Assembly (NCBI GenBank): GCA_964016885.1
Contig: OZ024741.1
Location: forward strand, 129,518,001 to 129,582,000
Length of the DNA: 64,000 nt
DNA from: Eledone cirrhosa
Taxonomy: Eukaryota
Reading direction: 5' to 3'
Made by a program: the position numbers and the translations under genes
Notes under the pieces: model-generated
What the model was told of the DNA's origin: nothing
Seen by the model: the letters and a program-made list of their open reading frames with translations, nothing else
The model's database searches: none
Part shown: positions 37,961-49,989 of the stretch, one piece after another
Layout of the letters: the number at the start of each line of letters is the position of its first letter
How positions within the stretch are numbered: position 1 is the first letter of the stretch

Positions 37961-38149
37961 ATGGAAAATTTCTGAATAGATTGTGTAAAAACAAATTTTG
38001 TATATTTATTCTTCATTGTATATACTCCAACTGGACCACCAGATGTAATCTGGGATGCTTCAGGCAGTTGAGTCCTTATCTCAGGATACTTCAAGGTCTA
38101 CCAGTTGAAGTGTTGACTACAATTCCCTAATTTGTCATCTACCTGCATT

Positions 38150-38565
38150 TAATATAATGTATATATGTATAAAAATAAAATTAGAATTTTATTTCTCGCC
38201 CTAGCACAGCTGATACATAAAAGTAAGCGCACGCACGCACGCACGCACACACACACGTATGTATGGGTGATTTTGAATATTAATAATAATATTCGATTTG
38301 TTTGTAAATAAATGGCCTGATTAAAGCTGTGCCGTGCCAATGACAAGTTGTAATCTGTTTGTTAAACATGTCTCTGGACTACCACCCTTCATCAGGACTG
38401 TATACCTCTGCCAATCTGTTGAATGGTTGAAAATATATAGTATTTTCTTAAATACACATCGGCTGAGTAGCCTCATTTGCATACTGAGGGAATTATGGCT
38501 GACTGTGCTGAAAACTAAAACTAAAATTAGAATTTTATTTCTCACCCAAGCATAACTGTGTCTAT
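38150..38565 (-). mobile_element. Partially tandem pLTR-like element with a degenerate hammerhead
   Basis: Direct repeat aaaattagaattttatttctc at ~38177 and ~38523; minus strand CTGATGA (38395-38389) ... GAGACATGTT. Confidence 0.45.
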
Positions 38566-38599
38566 CTGTAAGGACTAGATACCTCCCATAGTCTTTCAT

Positions 38600-38945
38600 A
38601 ACTTACTAGCTGCATAGCATGCTCCGTTGAATGTTCAATGTCAATGTGCGTGAACGACCAAGCATAGATGAGGTGAGAGAGAAACTGTGTATAAGAGGGA
38701 TAGGCTGTAGTATGTGGGAGAGAAGACTGCATTGGTATGGACATGTGATGCTCATGGAGGATGATCGCTGGGTTAAGAAATGCCAAGAAATCCCAGTAGA
38801 AGGAAGACGCAGTCGAGGAAGACCTCAGATCGCTGAAGATCACGGAGGAGATGACAAAGGACCATGACGAATGGAGAGATGCCGTTCTTAATAAGACCCA
38901 TCCCACCCTTGCAAGGAGGGAAAAGCGGACATAAAATTATGATGA
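38600..38945 (+). mobile_element. RTE LINE 3' fragment
   Basis: RRLHWYGHVMLMEDDRWVKKC...RSRGRP. Confidence 0.82.
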
Positions 38946-40768
38946 TAATACGGATGTTTAAATAAATAAATAAACATGTCAGTATTCAGGCAGAGCTACT
39001 GACCTCTTATAAGGGTCAGGTGAGTGCAACTCTTTCACATACTTTACTGCTCTCTATTGAGTCAGAAGGGAAGGTTGTTGATTGCTGCAATTTCTAGTAG
39101 ATTGAGTGACCCCATAGATGCCCTCTTCATTGGCCCATGTATCTGTATATCATGCCTACATCAGCTTGACATATCAGATACAATGTTAGCACTTGTGATT
39201 TGTTGATTTGGTACATTATTTTTTGTTCACTATCAATCCTATTTTGAATAAGAAGTTGTCATTGTCGTCATCATCATCATCATCACCACCACCACCATCA
39301 TCATCATTGTCATCATCATTGTTGTCATCATCACCACCACCATCATCATCATTGTCATCATTGTTGTCATCATCATCACCACAACCACCACCACCATCAT
39401 CATCGTCATCATGATCATCACCACCACAACCACCACCACCACCATCAACATCATCACTGTCATCAACATCATTATCATCACTGCCATGTTTGTTATGGGT
39501 TAGATGGGTTATAATGTGAGATTTTACATACATTCCAGTTTGGCATTGATTTTATAGCTTGATGCTCTTGGTAATGTTAACCATTTTACAGCATCTACAA
39601 GAAGCATTTTATTGTAGCACTAACACTAGCACTTTACAGGGTGAACTGGGTGCATTCTGTTGAGGTAGCAGCACTATCACTTACAGTTCTGTTGATTCAA
39701 GACTGCTGGGGTGGGGATGGGGGGGGGGGGGGGGCTAAACAACAGCCAGCAATGTGTTCATTATACTTTCAAAGGGAAAACCATTCACCCCTTACATTCT
39801 CCTTTTCCTTTTCCTCTTCCTCTTCTTCCTTCTCCTCACCAACATCACCATCATTACTACTGCCATCACCACCACCATTTCTCACTTCATTTCTTTGCAT
39901 GCTTTTCCTTTCACCAACAGCCAGCAATGTGGTGTACTGAAGATGGGGAGGATTTTAGCTTGTCATCAGCACAAGAGGTTTTTATGCCCTTGACATAGCT
40001 GAAGATTCCTCTCACCCATTTTTGGCATGATGTCTATAGCTTGGTACCTTTCTAATCACCAACCACCTTACAAAGTATACAGGATACATTTTACATGTGC
40101 ACCAGCACTAGAGAAGTTGTGGGCCTCTGTTATGATTTACCCTTTAGCATTTAAACCAGCAATATTCGGCCAGAATTCTCTCACCTCTTTCTGTTCAAAC
40201 TGGCTGTAACTGGCTGCTCATACTGATGTTAAGGTATTGTCCTCAAAATACATGCTATCAAAATCTCATAGATTCAATTGAGATAACCATGAAAATACAA
40301 TAGTAAATATAGAGTAATGTAAAGGGTTAAAGGGACCTTTTAACTCAGTACAATAAAAAATCAATTATTTTAACTTTCATAATCAAAAGATATCTATGGA
40401 GTCATAATTTCGATCGCTTTGAGGTAATTGGGGTATGGGTGGGATCATGCAACATCATCACCTTTACCAAGGGTGATTGGGGTGGGGTTGGCCACAGCAA
40501 CATTACCATCTTTATCAAGGGTACAGCCTGCCTCAGTGTGTGAGATAGCTGTGACTTGATAACTTGGAAATTAGCCTGGTTTGTTTTCAGCTCACAACAT
40601 ACGTTGAACTTAACATGTATGTATGTATGTATGGCCATACTCGATAACGAGGGGGCAGCCATTATGTATGTATGCATGTGTACATATGTTCATATATGTG
40701 AGTATGTGTATGTATGTATACATGTGTACATACAGATATATGTGAGTATGTGTACTTTTATTTTCTTA

Positions 40769-40819
<51 letters not shown>

Positions 40820-40853
40820 GATATTAATAAATGGAAACTATATTTATAAAACC

Positions 40854-40929
40854 ATATTTATTTCATTATATATATTTCAGGGATACCGAATTAAATTATG
40901 GTATGCCTTCATCAGACAAAATACAATAT
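40854..40929 (-). ncRNA. Minimal type I hammerhead ribozyme, family A (sense to the PLE ORF)
   Basis: Minus strand ATATTGTATTTTGT CTGATGA AGG-C-ATACC...GGTAT-C-CCT GAAA TATATA TA|ATGAAATAAATAT; perfectly palindromic stem III ATATATAT. Confidence 0.78.
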
Positions 40930-42571
40930 ATAACAGTTTTACAAATAAGCTTTGATGTACCATTTTAAAATGCAACCATTGTTTTTGGAAGCCATCCGGA
41001 TAGTGATTTGTTTATATTACTTTAATAAGTCATAGTGTTAAGGACAATTATAAAAAGACAGAGAGAAAGAAAAAAACGTGGAGAAATATCGGAGAGAGAG
41101 AGATGCATGGAGAAAAAAGAAAGAGATAAGTAAAGACAGGAGGAAAGGAAGAAAGAAGAAAAAAGGAAGAAATAAGAAAAACAGAGGAAAGCAACAGAGA
41201 TAGAAAAACTCAAGAGAGAGAAATATTATATATAGAGAGAGGGAGATTATGAAAACTTTACGTCATGTCATATTAAGTTGAGTTAACAATTCATATGAAA
41301 TGAATAATAAAAATATAAATATTAATATTCATGAATGGGACATAAATATATAATATGAGAAATTAAACAGTTTAATAATGACTATATGTTTAGTTTAAAA
41401 CTTGAGATCAATATACCAAAATTTGGGTTTAATCTCCAAAATGTACACATTGCTAGAGAAGTCAGTATCTCAGGCAAAGACACACAAATATATATATATA
41501 TATATATATATACGCATGTCTTGAAAATAGAAATTATATTTACTCAAGTCAACAATATAGACATAAAACGCAGACGATTTCTCTTAATCACTGCTATAGA
41601 TTCCTTGTGTTATAAAAAGTTCACAGTATATATACATAAATATATACGATTAACATTCCTGTCTTCATATATATGATTACCATTCATGCATTTAACATTT
41701 TGTTAAAATGATGCATATCTGCAATCCAAACTGCGTGGTTATGCAACATAACTCTTACCCACACATATACATACACGCACACATATACATATACACCTAT
41801 ATATGTATAAATAAATATGTGTGCGTCTTCACGCATCACTCATGTATACATACAGACATATATACAATCACAAAAATCCTATAACACTTTTATATGCATG
41901 TTAATACACACATAGACATTTGTATAGAGATAATCAAATATCAATATATTACTAAGGATTATACTTTGGAAATATAATTATACCAATATAAATTTAAAAT
42001 ACCAAAGGATTATATTTTGGAAATACAACTATATCAGTATAGTCAAAAGGACAAACGAATTCTAGAAATGTCAAAGCATTAAATATCTTTAAAACACTAT
42101 AGAGTATCTTAAGTTAAAATAATGTTTCATATATTTAGTATAGAAAATTATCCTACTTATATTTCAATCAAGATATTGAAAGGGTAGACTTATGAGAAGC
42201 TATCAGAATCAAAGTAAAACTAATAAAAATAAATAAAAATAAAAATAAAATAAAAGTTAAATAAATATTATATCAATATAATTAAAAAATTTAAAATTTT
42301 CAAAAAATTTCAAAAAAAATTAAAAAAATTAAAAAAATTCAAAAATTTAAAAGATTTAAAAAACCCAAGGATTCTACAGATATGCTTATATTTAGTATAG
42401 AAATTTATCCTACGTATATTTTATTTAAGATATTGTAAGTATAGACATTTTAAAGTAGTTTATTATATTTATGTATATATTTAGGAAGAAAGTTTAAAAA
42501 GAAAAAGGTGAAGGAATCTAATGATTTATCGACAGGTTTTATATATTAACTAAATTACTTAATTAATTATA

Positions 42572-44216
42572 CTACATTTTAAATTTATATTTATATTTAA
42601 ACGTTGAGTTCAATCTATGTCTGCAGCAACTGAATAAATTGTTCCTGAAATTAAGGGAATTTTTGGACTTTAATATAAAGAATATTTCTTCAATACAAAG
42701 ATCACAATTTTCTGAAGAGGAATTAAAAGGAGTAGCTTCTGAAATAATATTCCAAGTCATCGAATATTTAACATTATCTCGTTTTAGGTCCCATAGTAGG
42801 CTAGATAACGAAGTTGAAGATTTTTTGTTTGGATCTGTGAAAGAATTTTTATGATTATTGAAGCGAAATTTAAATTCAGTAGAGGTAGAACCAACATAGT
42901 TAAATGAATTTAAATTAGTTTTAACATTACAATTGTACACTACATTTTTAGCTAAGCAGTTGTTATTTAACGGACAGTTAGATTTATTTCTACAGTTACA
43001 GTTATTCAATTGAATATTGCTTGGGTTATTATTGGTATTTTGGTTAGGTTTTAAATTTCTATTATTAATTCTATTAATATTTTGTGCTAAATTTTTGGTG
43101 GACGAGTAAGTTAATTTTATAGTGTGTCTATTAAAAATTGAGTAATATTTATGTGTTCTAGGGAAGCGTTTGTCAAGAGCTTTAAAGAATAGTTTAGCAA
43201 TAGGGGTTTTAATATTTAGTGAGAAAGGGGGAGCAAACCATAATATGTTTTTAGTTCTATTTCTTTTTTGGCTTTTGGAATTATTGTAATGTTTTCTATT
43301 ATAGTTGCTAAAGTTGTTACCATAATTAAAATTATTATTTTGGTTAGTTTGCTTATTATTATTATTATCAATGTATTTAATTTCATTTCTATATCCAACT
43401 CTACCTAACGCTTCGTTGTAATACTGCGCTTTTTCATCAAATATATTTTTATTAGATGAAATTCTTGAAATTCTTTCTTGAACAGAGTTCACTATAGTAT
43501 TTTTAACAGATCTGGGGGTGATTACAGTTAAAATTAACATAATTCAAGTTCTCATTTAGTTTGTGAAATGGATAATGAAGACATGTGTTGAGATTTAGTG
43601 TTACGTCAAGAAAATTGACTATTTTATGGTTATTCTCTATTTCTACTTTTAGATTAAGGTAATTAAAAAATTGTATAATTTGTTTTCTTTTCCTATTTAG
43701 TTCACAGCTATTATTTTGTATAAGTAAAAGCATGTCATCACGATATAAGCCTCCGGTTACACCTGGTATTTTTCTATGTAGCGAATTAATTATAAATAGG
43801 CCCACAAGGTCCGTTACCTGAGCTGAGTCTGATGATCCCATAGTTATGTCGAAATTATTATTTCTATCTGCCCTAGTCCAGAGTTGGTTATTAAATTCTA
43901 TCAATGTTTTCCTTGCCGATAATATAATGTGCATTTTATTGCTAGTTAGGTCTGTATGTTTAAATGCGTAATTTAGTGCCTTATTCAGTAGATTAGGAGT
44001 GATAGATGAATATTAGTTAGCAATATCCAGCTGAATAAACTTATTATTATAGTTATATTTAATTTCTTTAAACCAATCGATAACCTCACTAGTCCCTTTC
44101 CATAATTTTAAGTAAGATAAATTAGGTAAGTTTTTAATTTGTTGTATTACCCTGTCTAGAATATTTTTGCTAAGTTTGCCTAGGTCAGATTTAGATGGTG
44201 CAATTTAAAAGTTTTT
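42572..44216 (-). pseudogene. Penelope-like RT plus GIY-YIG endonuclease, frameshifted
   Basis: FIQLDIAN (~44040), FDITMGSSDSAQVTDLVGL, GGLYRDD, VNFLDVTL; frameshift near 43520; CNCRNKSNCPLNNNC, VVY...YVGST, FKFRFNNH, CDLCIEE, CRH. Confidence 0.9.
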
Positions 44217-44525
44217 CTATCTGTCTGTTGACTTAATATCTCTCTGTTGCTTTCCTCTGTTTTTCTTATTTCTTCCTTTTTTCTTCTTTCTTCCTTTCCT
44301 CCTGTCTTTACTTATCTCTTTCTTTTTTCTCCATGCATCTCTCTCCGATATTTCTCCACGTTTTTTTCTTTCTCTCCGTCTTTTTCTTTCTCTCCGTCTT
44401 TTTCTAATTGTCCTTAACACTATGACTTATTAAAGTAATATAAACAAATCACTATCCGGATGGCTTCCAAAAACAATGGTTGCATTTTAAAAGGGCACGT
44501 CAAAGCTTATTTGTAAAACTGTTAT

Positions 44526-44601
44526 ATATTGTATTTTGTCTGATGAAGGCATACCATAATTTAATTTGGTATCCCTGAAATATGTATAATGAAATAAATA
44601 T
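44526..44601 (+). ncRNA. Minimal type I hammerhead ribozyme, family A (in the inverted pLTR)
   Basis: CTGATGA 44540-44546, stem II AGG-C-ATACC / GGTAT-C-CCT, GAAA 44577-44580, predicted cut after 44588. Confidence 0.78.
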
Positions 44602-44749
44602 GGTTTTATAAATATAGTTTCCATTTATTAATATCGTATATCTACTCCAAATACTTGTCGAGTGCTTTATATCAGTTATAAAAATATTTACTTGTTGTAT
44701 CCCAACAATTTTAAATAGAACTTTTGCATATATATATATAATATATATA

Positions 44750-45640
44750 CAGGGTGTGGATGATATTTATTCGCAATTTTCAACTGCTAATTTTATGCAA
44801 TTTTTTTTGCTTCTGTTGTCACTCTTGTCTTCATAAAAATAGTGACTATATTTCCATTATTTATTTTCAGAATAATTGATTATGAATAATTTTGAACCTC
44901 CAAATTTGTGGAAGAGACACGGAGTTCTTCTTGGAATCCGCGCTCGGAGGACAAATAAGACCAGAAGATCAATTCCCAGAACAACAGGTGGCTCGCTGTC
45001 TCATCCAAAGACGTGCCCAGAGTCATGCAGACAAAGTTTCCATCAACAACATTGGTCTTAGGTGTCGTCAGCAGTCAAGGTGACGTCATGCCACCTCACT
45101 TCTTCCCTGAGGACCTCAAGCTGAACACTGATGGCTACATCTGCATTCTGAGCGAGGTAGTAAAGCCCTGGATCGACCAGGTAGTTGCAGGTAGGCCGTA
45201 CATGTGGCAGCAAGACTCAGCGCCCTGCTATACCAGCCGAAAGACCCAAGCCTGGCTGTCAGAGAATTTCGTCGACCACACTTCACCTGACATCTGGCCT
45301 CCCAGCTCGCCTGACTGCAACCCCCTCGACTTCTTTGTGTGGGGCGCAGTGGAACGAGACACCAACAGATCTAGCTGCGATACGAAAGACGATCTGAAGG
45401 CCAGGATCACAAGTGCCTTTAGGGGTCTAAGTCGGGGGACAGTGACGAAGGCCTGTAGCCGGTTCCGAGGCCGCCTTGAGGCCGCCATCAAAGCCAATGG
45501 CGAGTTTATAAAGCGAGATCGAAAGAACAAGTCATGAAGACAAACTGACCCAAGTTTGATAAATATATCTTAAAAAATAAAACTACTGTGTTATTTTTTC
45601 CTAGACAGTAATCTTGCGAACAGATATCGTCCGCACCCTG
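44750..45640 (+). mobile_element. Internally deleted Tc1/mariner DD37D (maT) element
   Basis: TA-flanked TIRs cagggtgtggatgatatttattcgcaa / ttgcgaacagatatcgtccgcaccctg; ORF 45013-45537 with 37 residues between the D of QQDSAP and the D of NPLD. Confidence 0.92.
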
Positions 45641-46084
45641 TATATATATATATATATATACATACACACCTTACAGTAACCATTCTTCCAGGACATCTAG
45701 TTGTTTCTGTGACTACTCATGTAAATACAAAATACATACACACAAACATGCACACACACACATGCACGTATACACTTAGTCACACAGACACACACATACA
45801 GACATGCATACTCACACTTAAGTAAATATACACATACATTGGAATTTTTTTCTCTCTCCACCTATCTTGGTCTGTCTGTCAGTCAGTCTCCCTCTCTCTT
45901 TCACACACACACTCAAACACGCGTACACAAACCCATATCTACACCCTACACTCTATCTCTCTTTCTCTGTTTCTCTCCCTCTCTTTCTCTAACTGTTTTT
46001 GGCTTGGCAGCAGTTTTTGCTTTTAGTTTAGTCTAATAATGTTGTAGACACCCTTGTTGTTGTTGTTGTTGTTGCTGTTGCTAT

Positions 46085-46290
46085 TCCTCTTCTTCTTCTC
46101 TTTCTTCTTTTTCTTCTTTTCTTCTTTTCTTCTTTTCTTCTTCTTTTTCTTCTTTTTCTTCTTTTCTTCTTCTTTTCTTCTTTCCTTCTTCTTTTCTTCT
46201 TTTCTTCTTTTCTTCTTCTTCTTTTCTTCTTCTTTTCTTCTTCTTCTTCTTTTCTTCTTTTCTTCTTCTTCTTTTTCTTCTTCTTCTTTC
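46085..46290. repeat. (TTC/TTTTC)n microsatellite
   Basis: Direct inspection. Confidence 0.95.
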
Positions 46291-46989
46291 CAAGTTCTTC
46301 ATTGCCAACTTAGCTGCTATTGTTACTGTTATTGTTGCTGCTGCTGTTCCTACTACCTCACCACTCCACCCTACCTTATGTCTGTGTCATGATATGAAAT
46401 GAACAGTTTATCTTCCAATCTTTATCTGAAGATTAGAATTTACATATTAGCCTGTTGTCACCACTGCCACCAACCCATGCCCCATCATCAGCATCCCCAC
46501 TGCAACCACCACTAGCTCCACCGTCAACACCACTGAAATTAACAGTATTTGAATCAATTAATAAAGAATTTTGATAGATAGATTAAAGTTATTTCATTAT
46601 CAGCAGCTAAACTTGATTGTGCATCAAACATTTGCTGGTTTGACAAAAACTAGTGTTTATGGCATTTCACATAGAAAGACTCTTCAATTATTTCCCAGAC
46701 AGTGTAGAAAAATGTTATTTGGCATGCAGAATCTGTCACAAACCACCCAAGAATGGAGAAATCATTATCACTCTCTGGAAAGGTAATGGTGGTATTTGTA
46801 ACATGACATAATAAAAGATTGTCAAAGTTCTTTTGTCAAACATTCTGTGACCTGCTCAATAACTTCTTTTAGCCCTCTGTGAGAAACTGGAGCAAAATTG
46901 AAATGTGGGGACACAGAGAGCCAAAAATGTTATTGCGAAAGTTAACAAAAGATTCTTATATCAAATTATATTGGAAGATTTAAATTTAC

Positions 46990-47310
46990 CAGATTGAAAG
47001 ACTACAGCTCAGATACCATGGACGTGTGGTTAGAATGTTTCAGGAAAGAATCGCTGGGCAGATTTTACAGACAAAAACCATCCGGCAGGAGACCCAGGGT
47101 GAGACTCCGAGTAAGATGGTTGGATAATATGCATGAGTTTGGCTGGCCTCATTTGGGGATCCATCTGGATCAATTGAGATGGTTGCTTCTGACAGGATCT
47201 ACTAGATTCTAGTAGATCCTGTCAGAATTCTCAAACACTCCTTCTAGTAACTAGGAGTGTTTGAGAATTCTGCCCCCAGAACTCTCTTAGGAATAAGTGG
47301 GTGAAGAAGA
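46990..47310 (+). mobile_element. RTE-clade LINE 3' end (related copy on the minus strand at ~57480-57695)
   Basis: KPSGRRPRVRLRVRWLDNMHEFGWPHLGI; gaagaaga tail. Confidence 0.65.
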
Positions 47311-48460
47311 TTTAAATAGGAACCCTTTAAGACGTGTTATTTCATTTTATAAAACCAGTGCAGTTTTGTGTGGGTTGGTATCAAAAGGGTTTTAATTAGT
47401 TTTACTGCTCCAAGTTACAGCTATTTGATCAATTGAACTATCTACTTCTTGCCTATAAATATATACACACAGGTTCAATCTTCTCAGGGTGTGGTTCCTC
47501 TTCATTTGAACAAAGGTTTGTAGCATGTTACCAAACCACGTGAAGCACCCCACTAAGATTATATGATAAAAAGCTGTTTATTTTAAAAGTGTATATACAC
47601 GTATATATATAAAAAAAAAACCTTCTGTTATAATTTTATACAAGAACCATTGTTAAGTTATATTCTTTACATCAGCTAGATAATGGCAGTTAAATACCTC
47701 AAATTCTTAATTATTTCCAAAACTACTATATATACTTGTATATAAAGCAAGGAATATGTGAAACAAAAAAACTATTGATGGTAAAATGGGGGGTGAAGGT
47801 CATCATATATTTTATTGAATTTCACCAACTTCAAATTCTACATAAAAAAGGTGCTAAAATATCTGGAGTGATTATTTTATAATGAAACAGTTTTTCTACA
47901 TTTATTACACCCTCATGAAAATATTTCCAACGAATCTTTATAATACATGAACTTTTTAATACATAAATATCCCATATACATACATGCATGCACATCACAT
48001 ACACACATATACACACATACATTTTTTTCTGTGACCTAATATTTTTTCTTTTAAAAAATCTGATTATATTTTTTTGCTCTCACTTTCTCTCCTTTCTCAC
48101 TCTCTAGCTTGCCACCTCTCCTTCCCTCTTCTATTCTATGAATCCCTATTCAAAGTTCTCTTATTTGATCTCTTGCTTTCAAAGTACTCCTACCATGTGA
48201 GTGGCCATAAGTAAGCAAAATTCGAGAAACTTGTTGAAACTTAATGTAATGGAGTTGTGAAACAAAAACTATATTAAAAACCCTTAAAAACATTTTCAAC
48301 ATCAAAATATTAAAACTTCATATATATATTTTATACTCATCTAAACATAATGTGTTGATTAGCTGCCTCAGTTTATAAACAAGCTTTACATTTTTGGACA
48401 TTTCTCAGATATAAAAAAAGGGGGTTAGCTTATATTCAGATCGGCTTATAATAATAATTT

Positions 48461-48620
48461 TATGTACCTTTGATGAGTTGTAGTGCACCTGAGCACTGTA
48501 CATAATAATATAATAATAATGAAATTATTATGTACAGTGCTCAGGTGCACTACAACTCATCAAAGGTACATAGAATAATGTACAAATGTCAGGAAAATGA
48601 ACACTGGAGTATATATGGTA
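48461..48620. mobile_element. Tail-to-tail CR1 3' ends forming a perfect ~49-bp-arm palindrome
   Basis: tatgtacctttgatgagttgtagtgcacctgagcactgtacataataat and its exact reverse complement around a (TAA)n spacer. Confidence 0.85.
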
Positions 48621-49797
48621 TTTGAAAATTATAAACAGTGTATTTCATTAGAAATATGGCAATGAGTAGGTCACAGTGGGAGATAAGTAAAATTCATACC
48701 AGCATGTCTAACCCATGCTATAATGGAAGGCAGGCCTAAAATGATAATGAAGATTTACATGTAGACAAACAGATATAATATATATACATACGTATATGCA
48801 AAACTTATACACACAAATGCATGCACAAATATATAGACATTCACAAATATATACACAAACATACATACATATGCATATGTACAGATATGTGCATGTATGC
48901 AGAGACTCACATGCACATACATGCAGGCACCCATGCATGCAAACACATACATGCCAAGACATATATGCATATACATACACAGATACACATATGTATACAC
49001 TTGCATATAGAAATATATGTAATTTGTTTTTCATTGTCACCAATTAATGTTTGTTCTTTCTTCTTTCTACATTTTCCCAATACAGGTTTGAACCTCAACC
49101 GTGAGATATACTTGCTGGATTGTTTACCTGCCAACCCAACTGTATGATTTTATCTCACCAATCATATACACAACCACAGCAACAAGAACAACAAAGAACA
49201 ACATCAGTATCATCATCATCGCCATCATCAATATTACATTTTATCATCAGATATCTCTGTGGTACACACACCTAATTACTAATTAATTTATATTCTGAAT
49301 AAAAAGGTTCTAAACCTATGAAACCCACATCAGCACAAAGGAACAAATGAGAAAAGCTTTAAGAACAAACGGATTGGAGACAACAATATATATATGTATT
49401 TTTTCACCCATCCAGAATTGAATAATTAACTACCAGTAATATACTGGGACTTACTACAACCAACTTTATACACTGCGTTACAAATATTTTCCTGAGGTCA
49501 AGGTATAAGAAATCAACAATAATAGTAATGATGATGATAATGAGGATATGCAAGATGACCTCAAAAGATTTCACTTCATCTATGTTACCAATTCCTTTTA
49601 AAAAAGCATGAACGTCACACCTTATCCCTCTTTATTTTTATCAAACAAACTTTTGAAATTGTTAATAGTAAGAACAATGATAATGACAATAGTGGTGATT
49701 CCTTTTTCAGATCCAATATGGGTATAAATTTCATTTCTAATTTTGAAGTCTGGTGATGATCAGATTATCATCAGATTAAAAGAGATTAGGATAAGGA

Positions 49798-49828
<31 letters not shown>

Positions 49829-49989
49829 TGATTCAATAAATATAAAAAAGAGAAAACCCACAAAAAGGCAACAAAAAAAAAACCGCAAAAGGAAATATAT
49901 ATTTATTTGAATTATTTAAAAAATAAAAATTCTTTATATTGGTGTTTCTGCAAAACTTGTTGCAAAATTATAAATTTGCAGAAATCAAT

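Larger units (their letters stand above)
36838..38148. mobile_element. Large fold-back pLTR-like element (family B) with two inverted hammerhead copies and a tandem array
   Basis: 36838-37060 inverted relative to 37078-38016, centre ~37068; homologous to 624-1125. Confidence 0.75.
40817..44728 (-). mobile_element. 5'-truncated Penelope-like retroelement with a 3' pLTR and an inverted pLTR at the truncated 5' end
   Basis: RT and GIY-YIG on the minus strand; 40817-41202 is the reverse complement of 44238-44640; (TA)n on both sides. Confidence 0.9.

Noticed and set aside
37010-38094. Long repetitive ORFs (MAQTQYIVVKAIETSV; LCLCHYRCFNGFDNNV) as proteins, or the array as CRISPR
   Set aside because: A 48-bp unit keeps several frames open on both strands by chance. 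There are no unique spacers or cas genes, the context is eukaryotic, and the unit derives from a pLTR-like repeat.
49939-49989. N-terminal extension MVFLQNLL... of the TRIM-NHL ORF
   Set aside because: Starts at TTG in AT-rich sequence; the first ATG (49990) sits just before the RING domain.
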